From contig OZ024742.1 of the NCBI GenBank assembly GCA_964016885.1, forward strand, positions 620,001 through 684,000: a DNA stretch of 64,000 bases, written 5' to 3'. Shown piece by piece: positions 1-11,235 of the stretch (positions are counted from its first letter, which is position 1; every line of letters begins with the position of its first letter). The DNA comes from Eledone cirrhosa (taxonomy: Eukaryota). The notes under the pieces are model-generated. The model did not search any database. It was not told the DNA's origin and saw only the letters and a program-made list of their open reading frames with translations. A program made the position numbers and the translations under genes.

Positions 1-169
1 ACCATACAGTTGCAGTGAGACCAAAACCACATGGTTCTGAAGCAAACTTCTTAACCACACAACCATGCATGAACTTATATAACAGGAAACATCATCATCA
101 TCATCAACACTATTGTATTTCTTCTTATTGACACACACACACGTAATATGTGATTATAGCAGAAGCTAT

Positions 170-560
170 AATCATCATCATTTAGCATCCATCTTCCACA
201 CTTGCATGGGTTATATGGGTTGTCACGTTATGAGACAATACAGGAGACCTGTATTTTGGGTTGGTTTCAACAGCTGGATGCCTTTCCTAACACAAACCCC
301 ATTACAGTATGTGTGTGTGTGTATCATCATCATCATTGTTTAATATCTATCTTCCACGCTAGCATGGGTTAGATGGGTTTGTCCCATTTAGAGGCAAGTT
401 GGGTCGCTCATATAGGAAAGTTTCTGGCTGCTTTTCTGTGACTGGATGCCTTTTCCTATCGAACGACATTTACAGAGTGGGCTGGGTGCTTTTTGACGCA
501 TCTTTTACACATTACACGACCACTTTACAGTGTGGGCTGGGCGTTTTGTGGTACTAACAA
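170..560 (-). mobile_element. Degenerate SINE/LINE 3'-tail fragments (at least two)
   Basis: (CAT)n tails followed by 'ttccacacttgcatgggtt', 'agctggatgcctttcctaacac' and 'cgaccactttacagtgtgggctggg'. These match the reverse complement of the LINE 3' UTR at 18594-18851. Confidence 0.65.
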
Positions 561-569
561 AATATATTA

Positions 570-590
570 ATATATATATATAATCATATA

Positions 591-625
<35 letters not shown>

Positions 626-635
626 ATCATATATA

Positions 636-680
<45 letters not shown>

Positions 681-688
681 CATATATA

Positions 689-725
<37 letters not shown>
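570..725. repeat. (TA)n microsatellite
   Basis: Directly visible. Confidence 0.95.
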
Positions 726-727
<2 letters not shown>

Positions 728-1680
728 TAAATCTACCAAAAGTTTACGGTAGTGTCCAATCCGTATGAAGAACTCAATGTAATCCGGATATCATGAAAAG
801 AGAAGATGCATTCAAAAACTACTTTCGGTGAAAAATAAACGGAAAACAGAGTCAAGATAAATTAATAAAATAATGAACAAACAGAGAAACAGTTCCTTAT
901 ATTAAAAAAAATTCATCATTTTACGATCGTTTCTAGGATATATATGTTTTAGAGTTGGTATGCATATTCTATAGATCTATGTACAATATTTATACAAACT
1001 ATCAGAGGGAATATACATACCTATACATATATATGCTGTCTTCAGAAATAATGATACTTGTTTATTGATAAGAACAAAGATTCAATACAATAGGTCTGTT
1101 TGGAAACAGGTTTTGAATTGACCAATCAGGAGATAGTGAGGGTCAAGATAGTGATATAGAATTAGAACCTTTCAAATTATGGGTAGAGGAAGGTAGATTT
1201 CAGTTTTGGATGGAAAAGAGTATTATGAATGAAGGATTATTTTAGGGAAGAAGTAGGTCATATGTTGACCTCAGAAATAATTTTATTTGTACATTGAATA
1301 AAACCAACAAAGAACCAATATATTCTGTCTGTTTGGTAAGAGGTTTAGAATTAACCAATAGAAAGTTAATAATTGGCCAAATGGTAAAATAGTAGTAATT
1401 GAAGCTTATTTTAGGGGTGAAAATAGGTCAGGTGGTCAGTAAAAGGTATACAAGCAGTTGCTGTTATAAAATAGTAATGCCAATACAAATATCTAAGGTG
1501 ACTAAAGTTTTACGATAAGAATGTTAGTGAAAAAAATACATCTATGAAAAGAATATAAATTAATTTAATTGATGGGTATATTTATATTGATAAAATTATA
1601 CTAATACATATAGATATGATAAATAAGAGTTAGATGCAGTTGAAAAGTGCTGTTAAAGATGAGGGGAAATTAAAAGAATA
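726..1680 (-). mobile_element. Probable PLE pseudo-LTR / non-coding HHR-bearing element
   Basis: Non-coding AT-rich block ending at a (TA)n tract and containing a minus-strand HHR at 913-1054. Boundaries approximate. Confidence 0.5.
913..1054 (-). ncRNA. Type I hammerhead ribozyme with extended helix II
   Basis: Minus strand reads TCATTATTT-CTGAAGA-CAGCATATATATGT...ACATATATATCCTA-GAAA-CGATC-GTA-AAATGATGA. Helix I is 9 bp with one G-U. Helix III is the palindromic ACGATCGT, with GUA cleavage triplet. Confidence 0.8.
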
Positions 1681-2750
1681 TCTCGTTTGCGTGTGTGCGT
1701 GTGTTGTGTGTTGTTGCATCGCTTGTTAACTTAAACCAGCCATCTCATTTCGCTTCTCTCAGAGACTGCCCGATACGCCATGCGAACTGTTGCCTACGCA
1801 CATACGTCGTGTATAAGATAGAATGTGACAGGTGCAACCAATACTACATAGGTGGCACAATTCGACCTTTGCACATCCGGATCAAGGAACACATTAAAAC
1901 CAGGGCCTCGTCTTTCCGGAAACACAGACAAATGCGGAAACAAAGACGATAGGCCCATTGTCACAATTCTAGCGACTGAAAGAAACGTTGGCACGTTACG
2001 TACCAAGGAAGCGCTTTTTATCAAACGACTGCAACCGCAAATAAACAACCGATCAGAGGGAAGCGAAATGAGATGGCTGGTTTAAGTTAACAAGCGATGC
2101 AACAACACACACACGCAAACGAGACAACTACACACACACACGCACACAGTAGCATTCCACCATACGAACATACTACACTGCCAATACAGAGGAAGAAGGC
2201 AACAACACACACACACTCAAGCGAGACAACAACACACGCACACACACACACAGTAACATTTAACAAACAGGCAGAGAATGGACTGGCAGCTAGCGCCATC
2301 CCACTCCCTCATTCGACCGCTGACCACTGTACAACCGACCCCATTTCACGCGCATGCGCGCTCTGCCGAGTACCTCAGATATTCAAAACAACAAGCAGCG
2401 AAGGACGCGTTCCGGACTTGTCCGACAGACAATCTTTTCCCTCACTCCGGAAAAAACCCCCAGTTGATGGATGTGAATCCGAAATATATAGGGACTATTA
2501 AATCTCTCCCAAGTTAACTCTCTCTTGTGTTGTTATTTTAATTTTATCCTTTATACTCAACCTTTCATTCTACACATCTCACAAATCTTATACACAGCAT
2601 GCATCTCAACGTACACCCACTTACATCTCTCTCTCCACCACCAGACCTTGTTACCCGGAGATTTACCCATTTGCATTGTCGAGGCTTCCAAACGACTTAA
2701 AGATATTTACTTATTGTTCCACAATGCTTCAAGCAAACTACAATACTCTT
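1681..2750 (+). mobile_element. 5'-truncated Penelope-like element: GIY-YIG endonuclease remnant plus pLTR, with inverted 5' segment
   Basis: VVYKIECDRCNQYYIGGTIRPLHIRIKEH...(frameshift near 1925)...EALFIKRLQPQINNRSE. Bases 1681-1760 are the reverse complement of about 2057-2124. Ends at (TA)n. Confidence 0.85.
2457..2494 (+). ncRNA. Degenerate minimal hammerhead motif in the PLE pLTR
   Basis: CCCC-CAGTTGA (2 changes from CTGATGA)-T-GGA tgtgaa TCC-GAAA-TATA-TA-GGGA, in the expected position downstream of the endonuclease. Confidence 0.55.
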
Positions 2751-2944
2751 ATAATATATAATATATATATAATATATATATATAATATATATATATTATA
2801 TAATATATATATATAATATATTATATAATATATATATATTATATAATATATATTATATAATATATATATATAATATATATATAATATATATATATTATAT
2901 AATATATATATATAATATATATATATTATATAATATATATATAT

Positions 2945-2975
<31 letters not shown>

Positions 2976-3342
2976 ATATATATATAATATATATATATAA
3001 TATATATATAATATATATATATTATATATATATAATATATATATAATATATATATAATATATATATAATATATATATATTATATATATAATATATATATA
3101 ATATATATATAATATATATATAATATATATATAATATATATATAATATATATAAAATATATATATAATATATATAAAATATATATATAATATATATATAA
3201 TATATATATAATATATATATAATATATCATCATCATCATCATCATCATCAACGTTTAACGTCCGTGTTCCATAATATATATATAATATAATATATATATA
3301 TATATATATAATATATATATATATATAATATATATATAATAT
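2751..3342. repeat. TA/TAA low-complexity tract with a short LINE/SINE tail (about 3227-3271)
   Basis: Directly visible. Includes '(cat)n caacgtttaacgtccgtgttcca'. Confidence 0.9.
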
Positions 3343-3471
3343 ATGTGAAGACAAACATAGAATATTCGAAAATATTCTGTATGTTTATAATAAACATTTT
3401 GAAGACCTAATCGCTATAGAATAGAATACGTCACGTATTACAATTTGAGATTCTCGATAAAAGCAAGGGAA

Positions 3472-3514
3472 GTAACCTACGCGTTTCATTCTTATTTGAA
3501 ATCATCAGGATTAC
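3472..3514 (-). ncRNA. Type I hammerhead ribozyme (inverted copy)
   Basis: gtaacc-tacgcg-tttc-attcttatttgaaa-tcatcag-gattac is the exact reverse complement of 3702-3744. Confidence 0.8.
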
Positions 3515-3677
3515 ATATCCAATGCTTTTTATTTTCGAATATTCTATGTTTGTCTTCACATATATATCGCTATTTCAGAGCATTAAATCCAAATTCTAAT
3601 TTCTGCCGGACCGGCAACCGCTCTTTCAAACCAGTTCCTGTACACAGCTAAGTATTCTATAAGTCTCTAGCTGTGTC

Positions 3678-3766
3678 ATTCTCGATAAAAGCATTGGATA
3701 TGTAATCCTGATGATTTCAAATAAGAATGAAACGCGTAGGTTACTTCCCTTCCTTTTATCGAGAAT
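3678..3766 (+). ncRNA. Type I hammerhead ribozyme
   Basis: GTAATC-CTGATGA(3708-3714)-T TTC aaataa GAA T-GAAA(3729-3732)-CGC-GTA-GGTTAC. Helix I extends past an internal loop by the 14-bp ATTCTCGATAAAAG/CTTTTATCGAGAAT. Helix III is palindromic ACGCGT. Confidence 0.85.
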
Positions 3767-3925
3767 CTCAAATTGTAATACGTGACGTATTCTATTCTAT
3801 AGCGATTAGGTCTTCAAAATGTTTATTATAAACATACAGAATATTTTCGAATATTCTATGTTTGTCTTCACATATATATCGCTATTTCAGAGCATTAAAT
3901 CCAAATATAATATATATATAATATA

Positions 3926-4270
3926 TTCATTTCATTCATTTCATTTCATTTAACGTCCACTTTTCCCTGCTTGCAAGAGTGAGACGGGAACTGATTTGGC
4001 TTGATTTCTACAGCTGGATGCCCTTCCTAACACCAACCTCATTTACAGTGAGTGCTGGGTGCTTTTTTGCCGTGGCACCTCCACGACCACTTTACAGTGG
4101 AATGATAGGGACCCCAGTCCCTATCATCTCATTTCTACAGCTGAGTAAACTGGAACAATGTGAAATAAAGTGTCTTGCTCAAGGAAACAACACATCACCC
4201 GGTCTGAGAATTGAACTCACAACCTTTCGATTGCAAGGCCAATGCTCTAACCACTGAGCCATGTGCCTCC
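3926..4270 (-). mobile_element. tRNA-headed CORE-like SINE with LINE-derived tail
   Basis: A box (TGGCTCAGTGG), B box (GAGTTCAATTC), CORE-like 'ccttgagcaagacacttt...cagctgtagaaatgag' and (GAAAT)n tail. A second copy lies at 19702-20033. Confidence 0.85.
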
Positions 4271-4273
4271 ATC

Positions 4274-5556
4274 ATATATAATATATATAATATATAATAT
4301 ATATATATATATATAATATATATATAATATATATATAATATATAATATATATAATATATATATAATATATATATAATATATAATATATATATATATAATA
4401 TATATAATATATATAATATATATATATATATATATAATATATATATATATATAATATATATATATATTATATATATAATATATATAATATATATATATAT
4501 AATATATATAATATTTATAATATATATATATATATAATATATATATATATAATATATATATATATAATATATATATATATAATATATATATATATAATAT
4601 ATATATAATATATATATATATATAATATATATATATATAATATATATATATATAATATATATATATATAATATATATAATATATATATATATAATATATA
4701 TATATATAATATATATATATATAATATATATATATATAATATATATATATATAATATATATATATATAATATATATATATAATATATATATATAATATAT
4801 ATATATAATATATATATATATAATATATATATATAATATATATATATATAATATATATATATAATATATATATATATAATATATATATATATGTATATAT
4901 AATATATATATATAATATATAAATATAATATATATATATAATATATAATATTTAATATATAATATATATATATAATATATATATATAATATATATATATA
5001 ATATATAATATATATATATAATATATATATATAATATATATATATAATATATATATATAATATATAATATATATATATAATATATAATATATATATATAA
5101 TATATATATATAATATATAATATATATATATATATAATATATATATATAATATATAATATATATATATAATATATAATATATATATATAATATATAATAT
5201 ATAATATATATATAATATATATAATATATATATATAATATATAATATATATAATATATATATTATATATATATAATATATATTATATATAATATATATAT
5301 ATAATATATAATATATATAATATATATATTATATATATATAATATATATATAATATATATATAATATATATATAATATAATATATATATAATATATAATA
5401 TATATATAATATATATATAATATATATATAATATATAATATATAATATATATATATAATTATAATATATAATATATATATAATATATATATAATATATAA
5501 TATATATATAATATATATATAATATATATATAATATATATATAATATATAATATAT

Positions 5557-5588
<32 letters not shown>

Positions 5589-5728
5589 ATATATATAATA
5601 TATATATAATATATAATATAATATATAATATATATAATATATATGTAATATATATATAATATATAATATATATATAATATATAATATATAATATAATATA
5701 TAATATATAATATATATATAATATATAA
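4274..5728. repeat. Long interrupted (TA)n/TAA tract
   Basis: Directly visible, about 1.45 kb. Confidence 0.95.
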
Positions 5729-6248
5729 TCTATATATATAAAACTGTGGTTGTCTGTCTGTCTATCGATTTTTGGCACACATCTCCTCTTAGAATCTCTC
5801 ACGGAATTGCACCGAAATTGCTATACTTGTACATTGAGCCCTAGCGAAGACATCGGAAAAAAAAAATTTGAAATTGACCCACCCTATGTGACGAAATCGA
5901 ATATAATGTATCGATTTTTGAGCGTAAGTTATCAGTTATTTCCCTTTGTTCTGTTTACATTGAGCGTCTTACGTAAAAAATTACGCTGGCTTTCTCAGTC
6001 TTTGTTAATAAATAACCAGTGCAGTTTCTATCCCCAGCATCCTCTTTTGTTATAACATTCGGGTTATCGTTATGTTTTCTTAACTTCATAAGGCATATTG
6101 TTGGTTGAGGGAATATTAATCAAAAACACCACATGCAAGTCTGCACAGTAGACACTACAGTTTTTAAGCCAAGAAAGAAAGAAACTTAACATTGTAACTT
6201 TAACACAGCTACTGTGCGACCCCGAGCAACGCCGGGCTTTACTGCTAG
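5729..6248 (+). mobile_element. Non-autonomous Helitron
   Basis: 5' TC(TATATATATAAAACTG...GTCTGTCTGTCT), subterminal GC hairpin CCCGAGCAACGCCGGG at 6221-6236, and 3' CTAG. Inserted between A and T with no target-site duplication. Confidence 0.85.
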
Positions 6249-6494
6249 TATAATATATAATATAATATATATATTATATATATATATATAATATATATAA
6301 TATAATATATAATATAATATATATATAATATAATATATAATATAATATAATATAATATAATATATTATATAATATAATATAATATATATATATAATATAT
6401 ATAATATATATAATATATAATATATATAATATATATAATATATAATATATATAATATATAATATATATAATATATAATATATATAATATATATA

Positions 6495-6539
<45 letters not shown>

Positions 6540-6619
6540 ATATATATATATATATATATAATATATATATAATATATATAATATATATATAATATATATA
6601 TAATATATATATATAATAT

Positions 6620-6666
<47 letters not shown>

Positions 6667-6862
6667 TATATATAATATATATAATATATATATATATAAA
6701 TATATAATATATAAATAATATATATATATAATATATATATAATATATATATAATATATATATAATATATATATAATATATATATATATAATATATATAAT
6801 ATATATATATATAATATATATATATAATATATATATATAATATATGTATATAATATATATAT
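6249..6862. repeat. (TA)n/TAA tract
   Basis: Directly visible. Confidence 0.95.
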
Positions 6863-7022
6863 TTATTAAAATAACAGATTAAAGTTTAAGCAAAGAATCG
6901 CTGCTTCCACCCTTATCGGGATCTTCTGAAACTAACAAAGTCAATCTGTAAACGCAGAACTGGATATTTAAAAAAACGTTGCAACCGGAGGAAGACAGGA
7001 AGACGATACTTTGGTTCGTGGT

Positions 7023-7295
7023 AACGTTCGCTGGCAAAGAACGGGAAAAAACGAATAATACGTCATTAATAGGAGCGGTGAAAAACAATTACGCGCAAAG
7101 ACAAAACCACGTTTATGGTATAAAAGAGGTCGTAGACTAATGTTCTCTTAGGTGGTGCATAGAGACGTTCTCTGGCAATGAACAAAAAAACGAAGATAAT
7201 AAGTCATATGTGGAGCGTGGAGAACAATAGCACGCAAAGACAAAACCACGTAAATGGTATAGCAGAAATCGTAGACTAAAATTCTAACTAGGAGA
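7023..7295. repeat. Two diverged tandem copies of a ~139-bp unit
   Basis: 'acgttc.ctggcaa.gaac...ggagcg...cgcaaagacaaaaccacgt..atggtata...tcgtagactaa..ttct..tagg' occurs twice, with anchors at 7094 and 7233. Confidence 0.75.
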
Positions 7296-7879
7296 CCAAA
7301 TGAATCTCCGCTACAGAGTTAAGAACAAAGTAAATAAACAATACAGAAGTAATAGAAACAAATAAATACATACACGCAAACAGATACGTACATACACAAG
7401 CATACGCAAAACCTTACCATGGGTATACAAAACCACGCACATATAAATATGTGTGTGTGTGTATGCTTGTGTACAAATAAATAAATAATTATATAAACGT
7501 ATATAAATAAATAAATACGTATATAACAAGCGCACACACATACCTACATATAAATACACGAATGTTCGGAGACATAAGTCAACTAAAACAAGAAGTACAC
7601 ATATACACACACCCACCATACGTACGAACCTGCACACTCACGCGGACGCAAAACTCCCATATACACATAGCCAAACCCTAAATACCAGGATATGTAAAAA
7701 TTATACGCTATAACAGTCAAATATACGTACGAGAAGGTATACATACCTTCACAAAACATACGGGTAATATATACTTACCTATGCAAATAAGTAAAGGAAT
7801 AAACAAAACATATACTTAGCTCCCACATCAAGACGTAAAATATCCACGTATAGATCGTGCTATCCGTTAGGGTATAACA

Positions 7880-8486
7880 TCCGGGTGTCTGTGTGTGTTT
7901 GTGTTCATTTATCTATTTGTTTATTTATTTACATGTTGTTGGTTGGTTGTTTGTTCTATGTGTGTGTGTGTTTTCATTTTGTCCTTAATTGTAAGTTGTG
8001 ATGTTGCTGTTCCACTCATATTTTCCATTTAATTTTGGTTGTAATTCTTTTATGCTTACTGCCTCTGTAATTTGCCTAAACATTGCATCTTTTCTGTGTG
8101 TGGATTCTATTTTTATTTCTATGTTCTCCAATTTACCCTTGTGTTCTATCTTAGCATGTTGGTAGAGTACAGATGATTCTTTATTATCTTGAAGGTCTCG
8201 CCAGTGTTCATTTATCCGTTCCCCTATACTACGAGCTGTCTCACCTATGTACACTATATTTTTGTTTCTACATTGTCCTTCAGTACATCTTATGCTATAC
8301 ACTACATTTCTAGTTTTACAGTTAATATGGGGGCTTATTTTACAGGTTATACATTTCTTATCTATACATGAGGGTCTTTGGAACGGGTATGTCTTGCTAA
8401 TAAGTGTTTTTACAGAGGTACCTGGTCTTTCTACTATCTTAATATTGAGTTTATGTTTATTTAGGGCCCTTCTAAATTTGTAGGCT
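7880..8486 (-). mobile_element. Inverted duplicate of the PLE 3' end (Cys-rich linker, GIY-YIG endonuclease, start of 3' UTR)
   Basis: Reverse complement of about 10351-10953. ORF 7985-8302 reads VYSIRCTEGQC...YIGETARSIGERINEH...RQITEAVSI...LNGKYEW. Confidence 0.92.
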
Positions 8487-11035
8487 CCGTTTTATAATCC
8501 CTCCGATAAATCATTCGACCTGCGACGAGTCCACGCCACGACTTTACCATTTAACAAACGCACGCAGTTGCCGTCGCAGGTCGATGAACAAACAGAAGCA
8601 CAATTTAGTATAGCTAGATCCGAACTTAGAAATATTATAGAACAGTATAGCAAGAAGCATAATAGAATAGAGGCCCAGCAACTGGGAGAAAAATCTGCAA
8701 ATGGCTTGCGTAAGCTCATGCAGCGCTCACGTAATGGAGAGATAGCATGCTTTCCAACAGACAAGTCTGGCAGAATGTCGGTTGACAGCCTGCCAAACTA
8801 CATCCAGGCAATGCAACCCCACATCACTAACACAAGAGAGGTAACACCACAGGAGGATGAGGATAGAGAAAAAGCCCTCAATGCCCATATGGTGATGTGG
8901 ACGAATATAATGCAGCCCAACAAAAGGACTGCCAACAACTTCCAGGCCTGGAACAATGACGTGCCGGCGTTGTATGGGCTTCGAAAAGACCATAAAACGG
9001 GCTGTGACCCTGTCGCAGGACCACCAACACGGCCAGTCTGTGGAGCTAACATTGCTAGTAACTACAGACTGTCCTACTTCCTCTCCCTGATCATACGCCC
9101 CATCATTGAGATGTCCCCAGATGTATGTGACAGCACGGAGGACCTCCTCAGCAGAATCGGCGTGAGTAACCGATCTGGGGACCTAACAAACTGCATAATA
9201 GGCAGTATGGATGTTGTGTCCCTGTATCCATCTATTGACGTGGATTTTGCTGTGGAGAAATGCGTAGAAATGATCAGCGAGAGCAAGGTTGAGTTCCGTG
9301 GGATTGATACCAGTGAGCTGGGACTTCTACTTAAGCTTACCCATAGTAATAGTTACCTAGACACTTATGACCTTAGCAACCTGTGCCCTACAAGACCAGC
9401 AAGAGGCAGACCACCTACCATTACCTCTATGGCCAAGAAAACCCACACAGATAGATGGAACGGGTGGACCAGAGCCATACGGACACCCGAAAACCACGAT
9501 GAACTGAAGAAAATGTTGCACATGCGGTAGGGGCCAGCATAAAATTAACCCTTAAGGAACATATGTTCAAATTTAATGGAAAAACACATGCCCAAGAGGA
9601 AGGAGCAGCCATTGGTGTTAACATTGCAGGCGACATAGCTAACTTATTCATGGTATGGTGGGACAGTAGACTTAAACTTAAAGAACAATTAGAAGACAGC
9701 TTAACCCTGATAATGTACTCCCGCTATGTAGATATAAACATCGTAGTTAAGACACCCCCACTAGAGAACAGTCAGGAACTAGAGAAAAACACAATGGAAA
9801 GCATCCAGCAAATAGCAAACTCCATCCACCAGAGCATTAGAGTTACTATAGACGACCCAAGTAGACACCCCAACCATCGATTACCTGTACTAGACACAGA
9901 GCTCTGGTTAGATACCATTAACAACCAAAAACAAATCCTCCATTCCCATTATGCCAAACCCATGACTTCCAAACATCTGATCCACCGAAACTCGGCCATT
10001 TCGGACCATACCAAAATCAACATACTGATTGCGGATTTGGTACGGGTGATGAGAAATGTGTCCCGCATGTGCAACCCCGAATAACTAGAGAGACACATAC
10101 AACACTTCATCCACCGTATGCAGTTCTCTGGCTACAATCAGAGAGATAGAATCAGAGTGTATAGAGGAGCCAGAACCAAATGGGAAAAAATGGTAAATAA
10201 TGACATAAATGGGACCTGCCCCTTGTATAGGAGCAAATTTTGGAATAGAATAGAAAGAACTAGGAACAAGGCCAATAGAATAAACTCATGGTGTGATAGC
10301 AATAAATACCAGAGTGTAATGTTCATCAATACAACCCCTAGAGGCGAACTAGCCTACAAATTTAGAAGGGCCCTAATTAAACAAACTCAATATTAAGATA
10401 GTAGAAAGACCAGGTACCTCTGTAAAAACACTTATTAGCAAGACATACCTGTTCCAAAGACCCTCATGTATAGATAAGAAATGTATAACCTGTAAAATAA
10501 GCCCCATATTAACTGTAAAACTAGAAATGTAGTGTATAGCATAAGATGTACTGAAGGACAATGTAGAAACAAAAATATAGTGTACATAGGTGAGACAGCT
10601 CGTAGTATAGGGGAACAGATAAATGAACACTGGCGAGACCAAGATAATAAAGAATCATCTGTACTCTACCAACATGCTAAGATAGAACACAAGGGTAAAT
10701 TAGAGAACATAGAAATAAAAATAGAATCCACACACAGAAAAGATGCAATGTTTAGGCAAATTACAGAGGCAGTAAGCATAAAAGAATTACAACCAAAATT
10801 AAATAGAAAATATGAGTGGAACAGCAACATCACAACTTACAATTAAGGACAAAATGAAAACACACACACACATAGAACAAAAAACCAACCAACAACATGT
10901 AAATAAATAAACAAATAGATAAATGAACACAAACACACACAGACACCCGTATGTGGCGCATGCGCAAACTGAGCACACAACACACACACAGAAACAAAAT
11001 GGCGTAGGACAGAAGAAAGGAAAGGCACAGAAACA
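8487..11035 (+). mobile_element. Penelope-like retroelement, 5'-truncated and decayed (RT, thumb, Cys linker, C-terminal GIY-YIG)
   Basis: Motifs TDKSG, LYGLRKDHK, RPVC, GSMDVVSLYPSID, QEEGAAIG, RYVD(D), LPVLD, YAKPM, RMQFSGY, CxxxxCxxC and YIGET. Frameshifts near 9518 and 10382 and a stop at 10082-10084. The 3' end runs into the gap. Confidence 0.92.
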
Positions 11036-11235
11036 NNNNNNNNNNNNNNNNNNNNNNNNNNNNNNNNNNNNNNNNNNNNNNNNNNNNNNNNNNNNNNNNN
11101 NNNNNNNNNNNNNNNNNNNNNNNNNNNNNNNNNNNNNNNNNNNNNNNNNNNNNNNNNNNNNNNNNNNNNNNNNNNNNNNNNNNNNNNNNNNNNNNNNNNN
11201 NNNNNNNNNNNNNNNNNNNNNNNNNNNNNNNNNNN
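11036..11235. other. Assembly gap (200 N)
   Basis: Run of N. True size and contiguity are unknown. Confidence 0.99.

Larger units (their letters stand above)
3343..3906 (+). mobile_element. Retrozyme-like non-coding HHR element: ~312-bp unit with terminal redundancy and inverted 5' copy
   Basis: 3531-3594 is repeated directly at 3843-3906 (period 312). 3343-3528 is an inverted copy of about 3687-3872. HHRs occur in both orientations and there is no ORF. Confidence 0.75.

Noticed and set aside
2895-5802. Ile/Tyr-rich ORFs, here and at 16-20 kb
   Set aside because: Translations of (TA)n microsatellites.
6895-6935. Hammerhead-like motif on the minus strand (CAGAAGA-TCCC gataa GGGT-GGAA)
   Set aside because: Both cores deviate from consensus and no helix I can be formed.
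10460-10570. Selenocysteine recoding in the PLE zinc-finger region, as reported for some Naiad elements
   Set aside because: These Cys codons are TGT in both copies, with no in-frame TGA. The internal ORF stop is TAA.
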